64,000 nt of DNA from NCBI GenBank assembly GCA_965203485.1, contig OZ241892.1:1824001-1888000 (forward strand). The letters run 5' to 3'. The notes under the pieces were generated by a model that saw nothing but the letters and a program-made list of their open reading frames with translations, ran no database searches and had not been told where the DNA came from. Shown here piece by piece: positions 41,148 through 50,837 of this stretch (the first letter of the stretch is position 1; every line of letters begins with the position of its first letter). The position numbers were made by a program, and so were the translations under genes. The DNA is from Longimicrobiales bacterium (GTDB lineage: Bacteria; Gemmatimonadota; Gemmatimonadetes; Longimicrobiales; Gaopeijiaceae).

Positions 41148-41332
41148 GTCTTCCTGGCGGCATTGGGCGGCGGCGGTGCGCCGGACGGGCGGCCTTCGAC
41201 GCTCGGCGGCGTGCGTTCCGCCGGCGCGCCTTCGCGTCAGCCGCGCGCCCGGACCGACGCCAGCGGCCGGTCCGGTCTCCTCGGTGCGGCGGCTGTTGGC
41301 CGGCGCATCCGCGCGCCCGGCGCACAATAATA

Positions 41333-42727
41333 TCAGCTCGGGCCGGGACCCGGGCCTACCAGCGTCGGACGGACGAGAATCAGGAGGTCGCGCTCGGTCA
41401 GAGACTCCGACCGGTTGCTGAAGAGCCGGCCCAGCAACGGAAGGTCCATGAGCAACGGGACGCCCGAACGCACTTCGCCTTGCTCCTTGACGGTCAGACC
41501 ACCGATGACCACTACCTCTCCGTTCCGAACCAGCACCTGCGACTCCGCCTTCTGCCGGCGAAAGACGACGCCGACGTCCGAGGGCGCGAGGTCGGCCGAA
41601 GAGCGCTCCGCGACGAGTTCCAGCAGGATTTCGTCGTCCGACGCGACGCGCGGCGTGACCTCGAGGATGACGCCCGTTTCCTTGTAGTCCACCGTCGCGA
41701 GCGGAACGGCGCTGCCCCGGCCCTCGCCGGCGGCGACGCCGAGTTGGGCGCCCGCGTCGATGACGCGGACCGGCGTCTCCTCGCCGACCACGATCTTGGC
41801 CGTCCGGTTGTCCATGACGCGGACCGACGGCTGCGCTTCGACGTCGGTGAGCTGCAGCGATTCCAGCGCGTCCACGAAACCGACGAGGGTGTGGCGGCCG
41901 ACGACCAGCGACGCGAGCACGGACAGCGTTGGGTTCGCGATGCGCCGGGTGGCGTTGCCCAGCGCGGCGATCGAGGACCCGTACAGACTGACCACGTCCA
42001 CGCCCCGCGGCACGTCCTGGTCCTCGCCCTCGACCTCGCGGACACCGGGCGTGAGCAGGTTGAGCTGGTTGCCCTCTCGATCGGTGAGATCGTACGTGAT
42101 CCCGAGACCCTCCATCGCGGTGCGGTTCACGAAGACGATCTTGGCCGCGATGTCGATCTGGCGGACGCGCACGTCCAGCGCGGCGACCAGCCGGCGGACC
42201 GATTCGACGACGCGCGGAACGTCGGTGACCACGATCGTGTTGGCGCCCCGCCCCGCCGACACGCGGCCGCGCTCGCTGAGCAGGGCGGCGACCAGCTCCA
42301 GGATCTCGTCGGCCCGCGCGTACCGGATGCGAAAGGGCGCCGCTTCGAGAGGGACGACGGCTTCGCGGGCGAAGAGCGCCGACGCCGAGGCGACGCGGAC
42401 GATGCCGTGCTCGTCCGCTCGGGCGACGAGCCCGTGCGCTTCCAGGATGGCGTCGAGGGCCACCTCCCACGGCTGGTCGCGTATTTCCGCCGACACCAGC
42501 CCGGCGACGTCGGCGCCCGCGACGATCGATTGCCCCGAGATGTCGGCGAATGCGAAGAGCACTTCTCGGATCGGCGCGTCGAAGAAGGACACGGTGACGG
42601 CTTCGCCAGCGCCGGCCGCGGGCGGAGCCTGCAAGCCGAATCCCGCAACGGCCGCGGCGGCGGGAGGCGGCCACGCGGCGGCGGCGCAGGCCGTGGCCGC
42701 GCCCAGGAGTCCGGCGCGGACCGTCAT
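41333..42727 (-). CDS. pilQ: Type IV pilus secretin (compact, no evident AMIN domain)
   Basis: FFDAPIREVL, DQPWEVALDAIL, LDVRVRQIDIAAKIV, TGVILEVTP, SGVPLLMDLPLLGRLFS. Confidence 0.9.
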   Translation of the reverse strand: MTVRAGLLGAATACAAAAWPPPAAAAVAGFGLQAPPAAGAGEAVTVSFFDAPIREVLFAFADISGQSIVAGADVAGLVSAEIRDQPWEVALDAILEAHGLVARADEHGIVRVASASALFAREAVVPLEAAPFRIRYARADEILELVAALLSERGRVSAGRGANTIVVTDVPRVVESVRRLVAALDVRVRQIDIAAKIVFVNRTAMEGLGITYDLTDREGNQLNLLTPGVREVEGEDQDVPRGVDVVSLYGSSIAALGNATRRIANPTLSVLASLVVGRHTLVGFVDALESLQLTDVEAQPSVRVMDNRTAKIVVGEETPVRVIDAGAQLGVAAGEGRGSAVPLATVDYKETGVILEVTPRVASDDEILLELVAERSSADLAPSDVGVVFRRQKAESQVLVRNGEVVVIGGLTVKEQGEVRSGVPLLMDLPLLGRLFSNRSESLTERDLLILVRPTLVGPGPGPS

Positions 42728-43860
42728 CGGGGAAACCGCGGGCGTGGTCGCGGCGCCGGCAGCGTTTGGACGACCGGGCCGCGCGGCCCGCCGATTTCCA
42801 CCAGCACGCCGTTCCAGGCGGCATCGAGGAGCCGCACGAGGCCGTGCCTCTCGCCGACGCGCAGGCGAAGCGGGCGGGTGGGCGGGGCCGCTCCGGTCAC
42901 CGGAGCCCGGGCCAGCAACGCCAAGCCAAGGCGCGGGTCGTCGCTCGCGACGACCCCCAGCAGGCGGAGGGTTCCGCGCGCAGTTTCGGTCGGCTGGGCG
43001 CCGCCGGGGACGGCAAACGGATTGCGCCGCCCCGTCGCGGGATAGCGAAACACTTCTCGCTCGAACACGAGCGGCGGCGGGGCGTCCTCCTGCGGCGCAG
43101 GCCGGTTCGGGGAGCAGCACGCAACCGCGACCGCGCGCGCCAGCGGCAGGGCCTTCGGAGCGTGGCCGGCGGAAAGGGCGGAGGAGAGCGACATCGTCGG
43201 CGCGGGTGGTGGAGTCGGCCGCGGGACGCTCGGAGCGTGGCCGGCGCCGCCGGGCCGCGTGCCGCGAGGCGCTCCTTCAGTAGCGTCGTCCGCCTCGGGA
43301 GCGGCCGCAGCGAAGACGTACGTGCGAATCTCCAGCGTAGCGAGCACTTTGCCGTCTGCCTCCGATCCGGGCAGGGACGCGACGACGAGATTGTCGGGAA
43401 CGACGATCCGCTCCAGCGAGGCCACGCGCGAGAGAAAGGCCCCGACGGCGTGGTAGCCGCCCTGCACGGCGATCTCGTAGCTCCACTGCTCGTAGAACTC
43501 GCCCGAGACCCGGGGCTGCGGGCGCATCACCGTCATCGCCACGCCGGCCCGGCGTTCCTCCCGCGACACGGCTTCGAGCAGCTGCGGGACCTCGCCGCTG
43601 CCCGGGATGAGCGTCTCGAGCCGGGCGACATAGCGCTCGTAGCGGCCCAGACGCTCCCCGAGGCCGCCGCCGCCGAGTTCCGTTGCCGCCTCGGCCCGCC
43701 GGTTGCGCTCGCGCATCTCCATCACTCGGGCCGCGACGGCGTCCGTGCGCTCCGCCCTGGGAGCGTGAAGGCGCGCCCGGAAGAGGTAGAGAGCGGCCAG
43801 AGCGAGCGCCGCGACGAGGACCGACCTGCGGCGGACCGGATCGGCGGAGAGCCGGCGCAT
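42724..43860 (-). CDS. pilO: PilO fused in frame to a PilP-like domain
   Basis: N-terminal TM and coiled coil, LIPGSGEVPQLLEAV, GGYHAVGAFL, LERIV; then internal ATG (43194), AVAVAC and RRNPF..LRLLGVV..LRVGE. Confidence 0.8.
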   Translation of the reverse strand: MRRLSADPVRRRSVLVAALALAALYLFRARLHAPRAERTDAVAARVMEMRERNRRAEAATELGGGGLGERLGRYERYVARLETLIPGSGEVPQLLEAVSREERRAGVAMTVMRPQPRVSGEFYEQWSYEIAVQGGYHAVGAFLSRVASLERIVVPDNLVVASLPGSEADGKVLATLEIRTYVFAAAAPEADDATEGAPRGTRPGGAGHAPSVPRPTPPPAPTMSLSSALSAGHAPKALPLARAVAVACCSPNRPAPQEDAPPPLVFEREVFRYPATGRRNPFAVPGGAQPTETARGTLRLLGVVASDDPRLGLALLARAPVTGAAPPTRPLRLRVGERHGLVRLLDAAWNGVLVEIGGPRGPVVQTLPAPRPRPRFPR

Positions 43861-43900
43861 CAGCGGTTCCTGCGACCGAGACCGGCGGGCGGGCGGTGCA

Positions 43901-44575
43901 TCAACGGCCCCTGCCGGTGGATGTCCCGAACAGCACGACCATGTCCAGCTCGGCCGGCGGAGGGGGCACTTGGTGGGCCTCCAGCACGAAGTAGTAGACT
44001 TCGGCCGCAGCCTCTCCGTCGGCGCGCGGCTCCACCACGTGTTCCGTGCTCACCAAGCGCACGTCGGCGATGGAGCGCGACGCCTCGAGCCCGTTCCAGA
44101 ACCGGGTGAGCGCGAAGTTGCTCGACGCCTTGCCCTCCACGCGAAACCGCGCCGGCTCGGACGGCTCGATCTGCTCCAAGTGCGTGAGCCATGCCTCGGC
44201 GGGAAGCGCGGCCGCCACTTCGTCGAGGGTGCGCGGCCAAGCATGGCGGCGGGCGTCGATCTTCCGGATCGCCTCGGCCCTGCCGGCTATCGAGTCGCGG
44301 CGAGCAGCGAGCGTCTCGGTCTGGGCGATGAGCGCCGCGAGGCGCACGGAATCTTCGGTCGCGGCCCGCAAGTCGTTCTGCGCGCGCCCCGCCCTTCTCG
44401 CCTCGGCGGCGAACATCGCCACCGCCGCGGCCAGCGACAGCAACGACGCCAAGCTGGCCACTGCGACCCACGGATCGGCAGCCAAGCCGCGGACGTAGGC
44501 CATGCGCAACGACCTCGGCCGGACTTCGTCCGCGGCAGGCTGGCGCCCCTTGGGCAGCAAGTTGACTTCGATCAT
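43901..44575 (-). CDS. pilN: Type IV pilus assembly protein PilN
   Basis: MIEVNLLP motif, TM helix, coiled coil, LDEVAAALPAEAWLT. Confidence 0.9.
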   Translation of the reverse strand: MIEVNLLPKGRQPAADEVRPRSLRMAYVRGLAADPWVAVASLASLLSLAAAVAMFAAEARRAGRAQNDLRAATEDSVRLAALIAQTETLAARRDSIAGRAEAIRKIDARRHAWPRTLDEVAAALPAEAWLTHLEQIEPSEPARFRVEGKASSNFALTRFWNGLEASRSIADVRLVSTEHVVEPRADGEAAAEVYYFVLEAHQVPPPPAELDMVVLFGTSTGRGR

Positions 44576-44609
44576 GGTCCGGGCCCATCCGGGTTCTTGG
44601 CTGGTGCGC

Positions 44610-45653
44610 TCACGGGGCACGCAACGCCAGCCCCACTGCCAGCAACAGCATCGCCGGAGCCTCCGACAGCCAGGCGCTGCCGCCCGCCAAGCCGGGCCGG
44701 ATCGCGACGCGCTCGAACGGATTCGCCACGCGGGTCTCGGCGCGGAGCCGGTCGGCCACGCCCTCGGCCATCCCGGGGATGCTCGCCCCGCCCCCGCCCA
44801 AGTAGACCCGGCCCAGGCCGGCCGACGATCCGTGCACCGTCAGGAAGGCGGTGGCGCGTTCGATCTCGGCCGCGATCTGCTCGGCCGTCTCGCGGACCCG
44901 CCGGTCGGCTTCGGGCGGACGGCTCGATCCGTACACTAGTTCCGGCGCTTGCTCGCCGGGCACGCCCGATCCTCGCTGAAGCGCCGTCTCGACCGCCTTG
45001 GACCCGACCGGCAGGTTCGCCCAAGCAACCGGGACTCCGTTGTCGACGACGCTCAGGTTGGTGACTTGGTGGCCGATGTCGGCCAGCGCCGCAGTCCCCT
45101 CGCTCGCACCGGGATAGTTGTGGCAGAACGCGTTGTGGAGCGCGAGCGCCTCGACCTCCAGCACGGACGGGGCGATTCCCGCTTGGGCCAGGAGCGCAGC
45201 CCTCGCGTCCACGACCTCGTTCTTGGCAGCCACGAGGAGAACCTGAACCCTGCCGCCAGCCGCCGAGGAGAGGACGTGATGGTCCACCTGCACGCCGCCG
45301 ATGTCGAAGGGCACGCGGCGCTGCGCCTCCAGGCGGACGGCGCCTGCGATCTCCGACCCGTCCGCGGCCGCGACTTCGATTCTCTTCAGGAAGACGTCGT
45401 GTCCGCCCACCGCCGCGACCATGTCGGGGAGCCGGCCGCCATCCCGGTCCGTCAAGGCGCCGAGCGCCTTCGCGACCTCGTCGGCTTGGACGACCGCCCC
45501 CTCCACCACCGCCCCGGGACTCAGGGCCCGGACGTCGACGCGAACTACCTCGGGCCGGTCGCCCGCGTGGTCGATCTCCACCAGCTTCGCGAAGCGGCTT
45601 CCGATGTCCAGCCCTGCGACGGTCCTCGGCCGCTGGAACCATTCGATGCTCAT
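44610..45653 (-). CDS. pilM: Type IV pilus assembly protein PilM
   Basis: GLDIGS, EAQRRVPF, VLLVAAK, ADIGH, YLGGGGA, NPF, AVGLALR. Confidence 0.92.
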   Translation of the reverse strand: MSIEWFQRPRTVAGLDIGSRFAKLVEIDHAGDRPEVVRVDVRALSPGAVVEGAVVQADEVAKALGALTDRDGGRLPDMVAAVGGHDVFLKRIEVAAADGSEIAGAVRLEAQRRVPFDIGGVQVDHHVLSSAAGGRVQVLLVAAKNEVVDARAALLAQAGIAPSVLEVEALALHNAFCHNYPGASEGTAALADIGHQVTNLSVVDNGVPVAWANLPVGSKAVETALQRGSGVPGEQAPELVYGSSRPPEADRRVRETAEQIAAEIERATAFLTVHGSSAGLGRVYLGGGGASIPGMAEGVADRLRAETRVANPFERVAIRPGLAGGSAWLSEAPAMLLLAVGLALRAP

Positions 45654-46771
45654 GGGGCGCCGGGCAGAAGCGGCCCCGCCCCGGAGCGTCTCGGCAAGGA
45701 GACCGGCCGACGCAACGCAGGCGCGTTCGACAGGCTGGCCAGCGCCGCGCACGGCGATCCGTCCACCACGGCGCCCGGGGCAACCGTCACGGCACCGCCG
45801 GTGCGAAGAAGTCCGAGCAAGCGAGAGGAGTCCAGCAACGCAACGGATCCGGAGACGAGCACCAAGCCGGTCCACGAGCCGCCCGAATTCAGCGTGAGAT
45901 CGCCGTCCACGACCAGCACGCCCGCCCCGGCTCCGCTCACGACAACGTTGCCGCGGCCGGCCACCAAGCCCTGCCACGAGGGCCCGCCCGGCGGCATTCC
46001 CGGCGGCGGCGCAATCCCGGGCTCGGCTCGGTCGGCCATGGCGAGCAACTGAGATGCGCCGAACCAGCCCAGCCGCACGGCTTCGTAGCCCGACCCTGGG
46101 CGCCCACCCCATTCCGGCGGTCCCGGCGCCGCCCGCCGCAACGGGACGCCGCCGCCGAACGCCTGGGCGATCGCGGCTTCCCGGGCACAGCCCGTCATCC
46201 CGGCCCGCGCCGCCAGCAGAGAATCGGCTTCGATCGTCGCGCCCGGCGTCACCGCAGGGCTCTCAACGACGGCGCCGTGGCCCGCCACCCGCGTCGCCGG
46301 ATCCATCCACCACGCGACGCGCCCTTCCCGCCACGGAGGCAACGCGTCCACCGCGGCCTCGCCGATCAGCAAGTGCAGCTCGGCCGACACGCGGACCGAG
46401 GCGACGCTCCAGGCCACGCCGGTCGAGAACACGCCCGCCGCAAGCCGAACGGCGGAGTCGCCGGCCACGGCCGCCGACGCGCCGCGCGTCGAGGCCAACG
46501 CGCTCTCGATGCCCGCCCGCGCCGCGGCCCGCGCCTCGACCACCCGGCCCGCCGCGGCCGCGGCCCGGACTTGGCCGACGGCGCCCGCGACCGCCGCTGA
46601 CGCGATCCCGAGGGCAACCAGCATTCCAAGCAGCACGAACACAAGCGCGAACCCGGCCTCGGCTCCTCCGTCCGCATGGCCCGGCGCGGTGGCGCAGCCG
46701 CCCCCGCCTGCTGGGCCGACGAGCTCCATGCGCCGCGGCGCCGCGGCGGTCTCGGTGGCCGACCAACTCAT
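45650..46771 (-). CDS. PilX-like minor pilin
   Basis: G-FALVFVLLGMLV prepilin site without Glu5, ARAAARAGIESAL, C-terminal GVLVVDGDL beta motif; last gene in the pilin run. Confidence 0.7.
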   Translation of the reverse strand: MSWSATETAAAPRRMELVGPAGGGGCATAPGHADGGAEAGFALVFVLLGMLVALGIASAAVAGAVGQVRAAAAAGRVVEARAAARAGIESALASTRGASAAVAGDSAVRLAAGVFSTGVAWSVASVRVSAELHLLIGEAAVDALPPWREGRVAWWMDPATRVAGHGAVVESPAVTPGATIEADSLLAARAGMTGCAREAAIAQAFGGGVPLRRAAPGPPEWGGRPGSGYEAVRLGWFGASQLLAMADRAEPGIAPPPGMPPGGPSWQGLVAGRGNVVVSGAGAGVLVVDGDLTLNSGGSWTGLVLVSGSVALLDSSRLLGLLRTGGAVTVAPGAVVDGSPCAALASLSNAPALRRPVSLPRRSGAGPLLPGAP

Positions 46772-47499
46772 TCGCGCCCCCAGACGGTCCATTGGAACGA
46801 GTCCGTCAGCACGCCGCCCGTCCACTTCACGCGTGCCCGCAGGCCGCCTCCCGGCGCCGACTCCAGCGCCGTGGAATCGAGGTCCACGTTCTCGCTCGTG
46901 AGGGGCTGCGCTCCAGGGCGGCGGGCGCGCCCGGGCAGGCGGTCGCCTTGATAGCGAAACGCGCCCTCGGAGAACCGATACCCTCCTCGCTCGAAGAGGA
47001 GACCGACGGCCGGGCTCTGCGGCGCCGGATCGAGCACCCACGCCTGCCGCTCGAATCCGCGCATCTCCGGGCAGTCCAGCTGCTTCCGCGAACCGGCGCG
47101 CGCCAACCTCGCCGCCTGCCAGAGACCGTCGCCGGAGAGCACCAGCACGGAGTCCTTGCGGGAGCTGGGATCGCGATGCCCGGACCAGGCGACGCCCCAT
47201 CCTTGGGTCGGCTGGCCGCGGCAAGCGACGGCCACGCCGCGAAAGGCTCGCAGACGCAACTCGCCGTCGACGAGCGCCCAGTCCTCGCCTTGCTTGCCGA
47301 CTCCCGTCTCGGCGACGAGCACGTGGCGGACCAGCCGCGTCTCGTCCAGGACGCGGGCAACCTCCGACGCCCGGACCGCCACCGACGCCTGCACGGCGAT
47401 CATCCACCAGCCCGCCTGAACGAGCAGCAGGAGCAGCGCCGCGCTCACGACCGCCTCGGCCAGCATGAAGCCGCCCCTCCCCGTCCGGCCGCGCTTCAT
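46768..47499 (-). CDS. PilW-like minor pilin
   Basis: G-FMLAEAVV prepilin site plus hydrophobic helix; ATGA-coupled on both sides. Confidence 0.7.
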   Translation of the reverse strand: MKRGRTGRGGFMLAEAVVSAALLLLLVQAGWWMIAVQASVAVRASEVARVLDETRLVRHVLVAETGVGKQGEDWALVDGELRLRAFRGVAVACRGQPTQGWGVAWSGHRDPSSRKDSVLVLSGDGLWQAARLARAGSRKQLDCPEMRGFERQAWVLDPAPQSPAVGLLFERGGYRFSEGAFRYQGDRLPGRARRPGAQPLTSENVDLDSTALESAPGGGLRARVKWTGGVLTDSFQWTVWGRE

Positions 47500-47846
47500 G
47501 GGGCCACCCGCACCGCAAAGGCGAACTCGACCGGCGCCGAAAGCGCGTGGTGCTCGAAGCGAGCCGTGGCCTCCGCCCCAGGAGCCGCGGGCACGTTCCA
47601 CGCGAGCCTGCCGAAGCGCGTTTCGCGGACCCCGGCCGACGGCCGGGCCCCCGAGGCGCTCGCCGAGTCCATGAAGCTCTGCAACGCGGCGTGGGTCTCG
47701 TCGAGCGCGCGCACGCGCACGAGCGCCGCCACCGACATCCGCGTAAGCGAGGCCACGCTCGCCAGCCCAACGCCAAGGACGACGAGGGCGACGAGCACCT
47801 CCGGCAACGAAGCGCCCGTCCGGTCGCTTGCGCGCTTCCGGGTCAT
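47496..47846 (-). CDS. PilV-like minor pilin
   Basis: G-ASLPEVLVALVVLGVGL prepilin-like site; 116 aa; ATGA-coupled. Confidence 0.7.
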   Translation of the reverse strand: MTRKRASDRTGASLPEVLVALVVLGVGLASVASLTRMSVAALVRVRALDETHAALQSFMDSASASGARPSAGVRETRFGRLAWNVPAAPGAEATARFEHHALSAPVEFAFAVRVAP

Positions 47847-48307
47847 CGCCGCAACACCCTTCCGTACGACGAGACGACGAGTTGCCGACTCTGGCCCCGA
47901 AGCGAGAAGGTCAGCGTCCGGGCGGCCATCTTCCCCAGTCCGAGCGGCCCGAAGGACACGGCGTCCCGCCCGGTCCAGGCAACCGACACGCCGCCCAGCC
48001 CCAAGTCCGCGAACGCCACCGTGTCGCCAGCGTCCGAGACGACCAGCCCCGAAGGCGGGTCTTGCACCAGCAAGACCTTCGCGCCGCCGTCGGCGACCGC
48101 CGCCCACCGCGCCTCGGCGAACAGGCGCGCGGCCTGCTCGCGGGCCTCGCGCACCATGAACGCGTCGAGCATCTCGGCGGCCGCGGTCCACACGGGCGGC
48201 GCCAGCACGGCCAGCAGCGCGAGCACCAGCGCTATCTCGACAATCGCGAACCCGGATCGCGGATCCCGGGGCGCGGCGGCCGGTCGCCGCGAACTCAGTT
48301 CGTGCAT
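47843..48307 (-). CDS. FimT/GspH-like minor pilin
   Basis: G-FAIVEIALVLALL, ARWAAV, VSFGPLG, LVVSSYGRV C-terminus. Confidence 0.75.
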   Translation of the reverse strand: MHELSSRRPAAAPRDPRSGFAIVEIALVLALLAVLAPPVWTAAAEMLDAFMVREAREQAARLFAEARWAAVADGGAKVLLVQDPPSGLVVSDAGDTVAFADLGLGGVSVAWTGRDAVSFGPLGLGKMAARTLTFSLRGQSRQLVVSSYGRVLRR

Positions 48308-48693
48308 GCAACGACCCCGGGGTCCGCCGGATCGCCTCGCAGGCCGGCCTTGCTGGCGTCCCCGAAGAAGATGCCGCACCCCATCGCGACGTTGCCCAGC
48401 CCCTTGTGCGTCGCCGTGGCGGACCAGCCGGACGACGCAACCTTCAAGGCAAGGCTGTCCACTCCCTCGGAGCGGACGAACCCCAAGCTGTCTTCGAACG
48501 CCGAGTACTGATAGTTGGTCGCGTAGTGGAGTTCCTGCTGGGCCGCCAAGTTCTTCAGATCGGACTTGAGGGCCGCATAGTAGGCCATCTCGCGAGTCTC
48601 GGAGAACTGCGGCAACGCGATCGACGCAATGACGCCGATGATCACGAGCACGACCAGCAGCTCGATGAGCGTGAACCCTCTTTCGTCGTTCAT
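48295..48693 (-). CDS. Type IV major-type pilin (PilA/PilE-like)
   Basis: RG-FTLIELLVVLVIIGVIASIALP; AGGAGA RBS; C-terminal Cys pair. Confidence 0.93.
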   Translation of the reverse strand: MNDERGFTLIELLVVLVIIGVIASIALPQFSETREMAYYAALKSDLKNLAAQQELHYATNYQYSAFEDSLGFVRSEGVDSLALKVASSGWSATATHKGLGNVAMGCGIFFGDASKAGLRGDPADPGVVACTN

Positions 48694-49207
48694 GTTTCAG
48701 TCTCCTGTGGGCGACAGCGATTGCAACCAGGCGCTCGGCCGGCGGCGCCCAAGTCGGACTTCCGGGTGTCCGTCGCGGTTGTTTCCGTGACACGTTGGGC
48801 GGGCCGGGGCGCGGCGAGAGAGAACGGTCGCACCGATTCGCGGGCGTTGGCATGGCCGGATCGGACCGCTTATTGGACGCCCCGGGGAGTCGCCGAAAAC
48901 CCGATTCGCCTAGAAAAGCAAGGAGATTTCGACAACTCGGCAACGGCGTAGGCGCCCACGCAACCACGCGCACCGAGGCTCGAGAAACGCGCATCGCCTC
49001 TGCGACCGGAAGCCGTCGCGCGGCCGGCGGTCGGCCCCGCGAGACGCATGCAACGCCGGCGGAGCCCACCGCGCACGGCCCCCCGCAACAAACCGACACG
49101 CGGCCAGGCCCAAGGCCGACGGGCCGACACGGCGCGCACGCCGGCCTCCAACCGCAAGCGAACCGGCATGCGGCCGGTCGCGCGATCGGCGAACTACCTG
49201 CTGCGCG

Positions 49208-49978
49208 TCAGCGGTCCGGCAGCGCGGGCCCAGAGCCGGGCCCCCGCCTGCCGCTCGCGTCCGGCCGCTCCGGCTCCCAACGGGGCGCGCGGGGCCCGGA
49301 CACGCGGCACCGGGCGATGTGCCACACGGTCGCGACGCCGTCCTTCCAGCCGATCTTCTTGCCCGCCGCGCGGTTGCGGCCCTCGTAGCTGACGGAAACC
49401 TCGGCGAAGCGGGCGCCCGCTTGGGCTAGGCGCGCGGTGATCTCGGCCTCGACGGCGAATCCGTCGCACTCGAGCGGGAGCGTCCGCAACAGGTCGGCGC
49501 GCATCGCCTTGTAGCACGTCTCCATGTCGGTCAGGCGGAGCCCGGTGGCCGCGTTGCTGAGAAGCGTGAGCGCGCGGTTGCCCAGCGCGTGCCAGGACAT
49601 CCGTGTCCGCCGGGACGCCGCCGCGAAGCGGGAGCCGTAGACGGCGTCGGCGGTCCCGGAGACGATCGGCCGAACAAGGCGGGGGAGGTCCGCCGGATCA
49701 TATTCCAGGTCGGCGTCCTGCAACACGACGATGTCGCCGCTTGCCCGCGCGAAGCCTGTCCGCAACGCGGCGCCCTTGCCTCGGTTCCGGGCGTGGAGCA
49801 CGAGATGGGAGATCAAGCGCCCGGACCTGCGCAGGCGAACAAGGATGTCCCGCGTCCCGTCCGTGGATCCGTCGTCCACGACGATCACTTCCTTGTCGAG
49901 CGGGACTTCGGCGACCCGTTGGAGCAACCGCTCCGCCGTGGCCCGCTCGTTGTAGGCCGGCACGACGATCGACACCAC
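49208..49978 (-). CDS. Glycosyltransferase family 2 (DPM-synthase-like)
   Basis: SIVVPAYNE, VDDGSTDGT, NRGKGAA, QDADLEYDP, YGSRF, TDMETCYK. Confidence 0.93.
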   Translation of the reverse strand: MVSIVVPAYNERATAERLLQRVAEVPLDKEVIVVDDGSTDGTRDILVRLRRSGRLISHLVLHARNRGKGAALRTGFARASGDIVVLQDADLEYDPADLPRLVRPIVSGTADAVYGSRFAAASRRTRMSWHALGNRALTLLSNAATGLRLTDMETCYKAMRADLLRTLPLECDGFAVEAEITARLAQAGARFAEVSVSYEGRNRAAGKKIGWKDGVATVWHIARCRVSGPRAPRWEPERPDASGRRGPGSGPALPDR

Positions 49979-50072
49979 GCCCGCGCCAGCCGGCTTGTCG
50001 CCGACGGCAACGGACCCCGCAGAGCGACCGCCCTCGGTTCCGGGCCTCGCCGGCGCTGGACGTCCGATGGCT

Positions 50073-50837
50073 CTAGGATCCGTTGAGGGGCACTTCCAGC
50101 GTCTGGCCGGGATAGATGCGCGAGCCCCGGATGTTGTTGGCCGACTTCAGCCGTTCAACTGTAGTGCCATAGGACCGAGCGATCCCCCACAGGGAGTCGC
50201 CGTTGCGCACCTTGTGCCTCGCCACGCGCGGCTCGGCCGGCTCCCCGGCCGCCAACCGCGCCGCCCGCGCGCTGACCAAGCGGTCCACGTACCGCCCGTA
50301 CTGCTGGGGATACAGCGCGATGTGATAGTGCGGGGGCCGGCGCTCGCGCGTCGCTTGAAGCACGCCGGTTCCCTCAAGGTCGAGCAGGACGCCCTCTAGC
50401 CAAGACCGGCAAGCCGGCGAGTTGCTGCGCCTAAGGTCCACGGCCATTCCCGTCGGGTGCACCGAGAGGTCGGACGCGTTGCGGGGCTGGCGCGACTTGG
50501 GGCGGGTCAAGCTGGTCACCACAAGCTGCTCGCCGCAGGCCCGGCGGTACTGGCCGGCGAGACGCTCGACGAACAGCCGCACTTCCGGCCGCGCGTACTT
50601 GAACGACACGCCCGCGTGCACGGTGTAGTCGGCGTTCCCCCGGAGGCGCACCAGCAATCCCAGGTCGACGAAGCGGCTCACGTGGGACGAGTTCCGAAGG
50701 AACGTGAAGTCGTGCGTCAGGGCTTGGTTGTACTGCTCCCGCATCGCCCCGTGGCTGCCCCTCAGGCTCTGCGCCCACCCGGGCGCCGGCGCGCAAGCAC
50801 CCAAAACGACCATGGCCACGAGAGTCCTGCTCCGCAT
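50073..50837 (-). CDS. Secreted DUF5715-like / M15-type metallopeptidase-fold protein with C-terminal LysM
   Basis: Signal peptide; SVHPTGMAVDL (H-x6-D) and PPHYHI (HxH); LysM HKVRNGDSLWGIARSYGTTVERLKSANNI. Confidence 0.82.
   Translation of the reverse strand: MRSRTLVAMVVLGACAPAPGWAQSLRGSHGAMREQYNQALTHDFTFLRNSSHVSRFVDLGLLVRLRGNADYTVHAGVSFKYARPEVRLFVERLAGQYRRACGEQLVVTSLTRPKSRQPRNASDLSVHPTGMAVDLRRSNSPACRSWLEGVLLDLEGTGVLQATRERRPPHYHIALYPQQYGRYVDRLVSARAARLAAGEPAEPRVARHKVRNGDSLWGIARSYGTTVERLKSANNIRGSRIYPGQTLEVPLNGS

Noticed and set aside
48715..48745. Sigma54 promoter before the major pilin
   Set aside because: TTGCA is present but the -24 position reads GA rather than the invariant GG
48694..49207. 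ORFs or a riboswitch in the ~510-nt region upstream of the pilin
   Set aside because: Overlapping ORFs are low-complexity with no motifs and no known riboswitch consensus was recognisable; probably a regulatory leader, but no specific site can be supported
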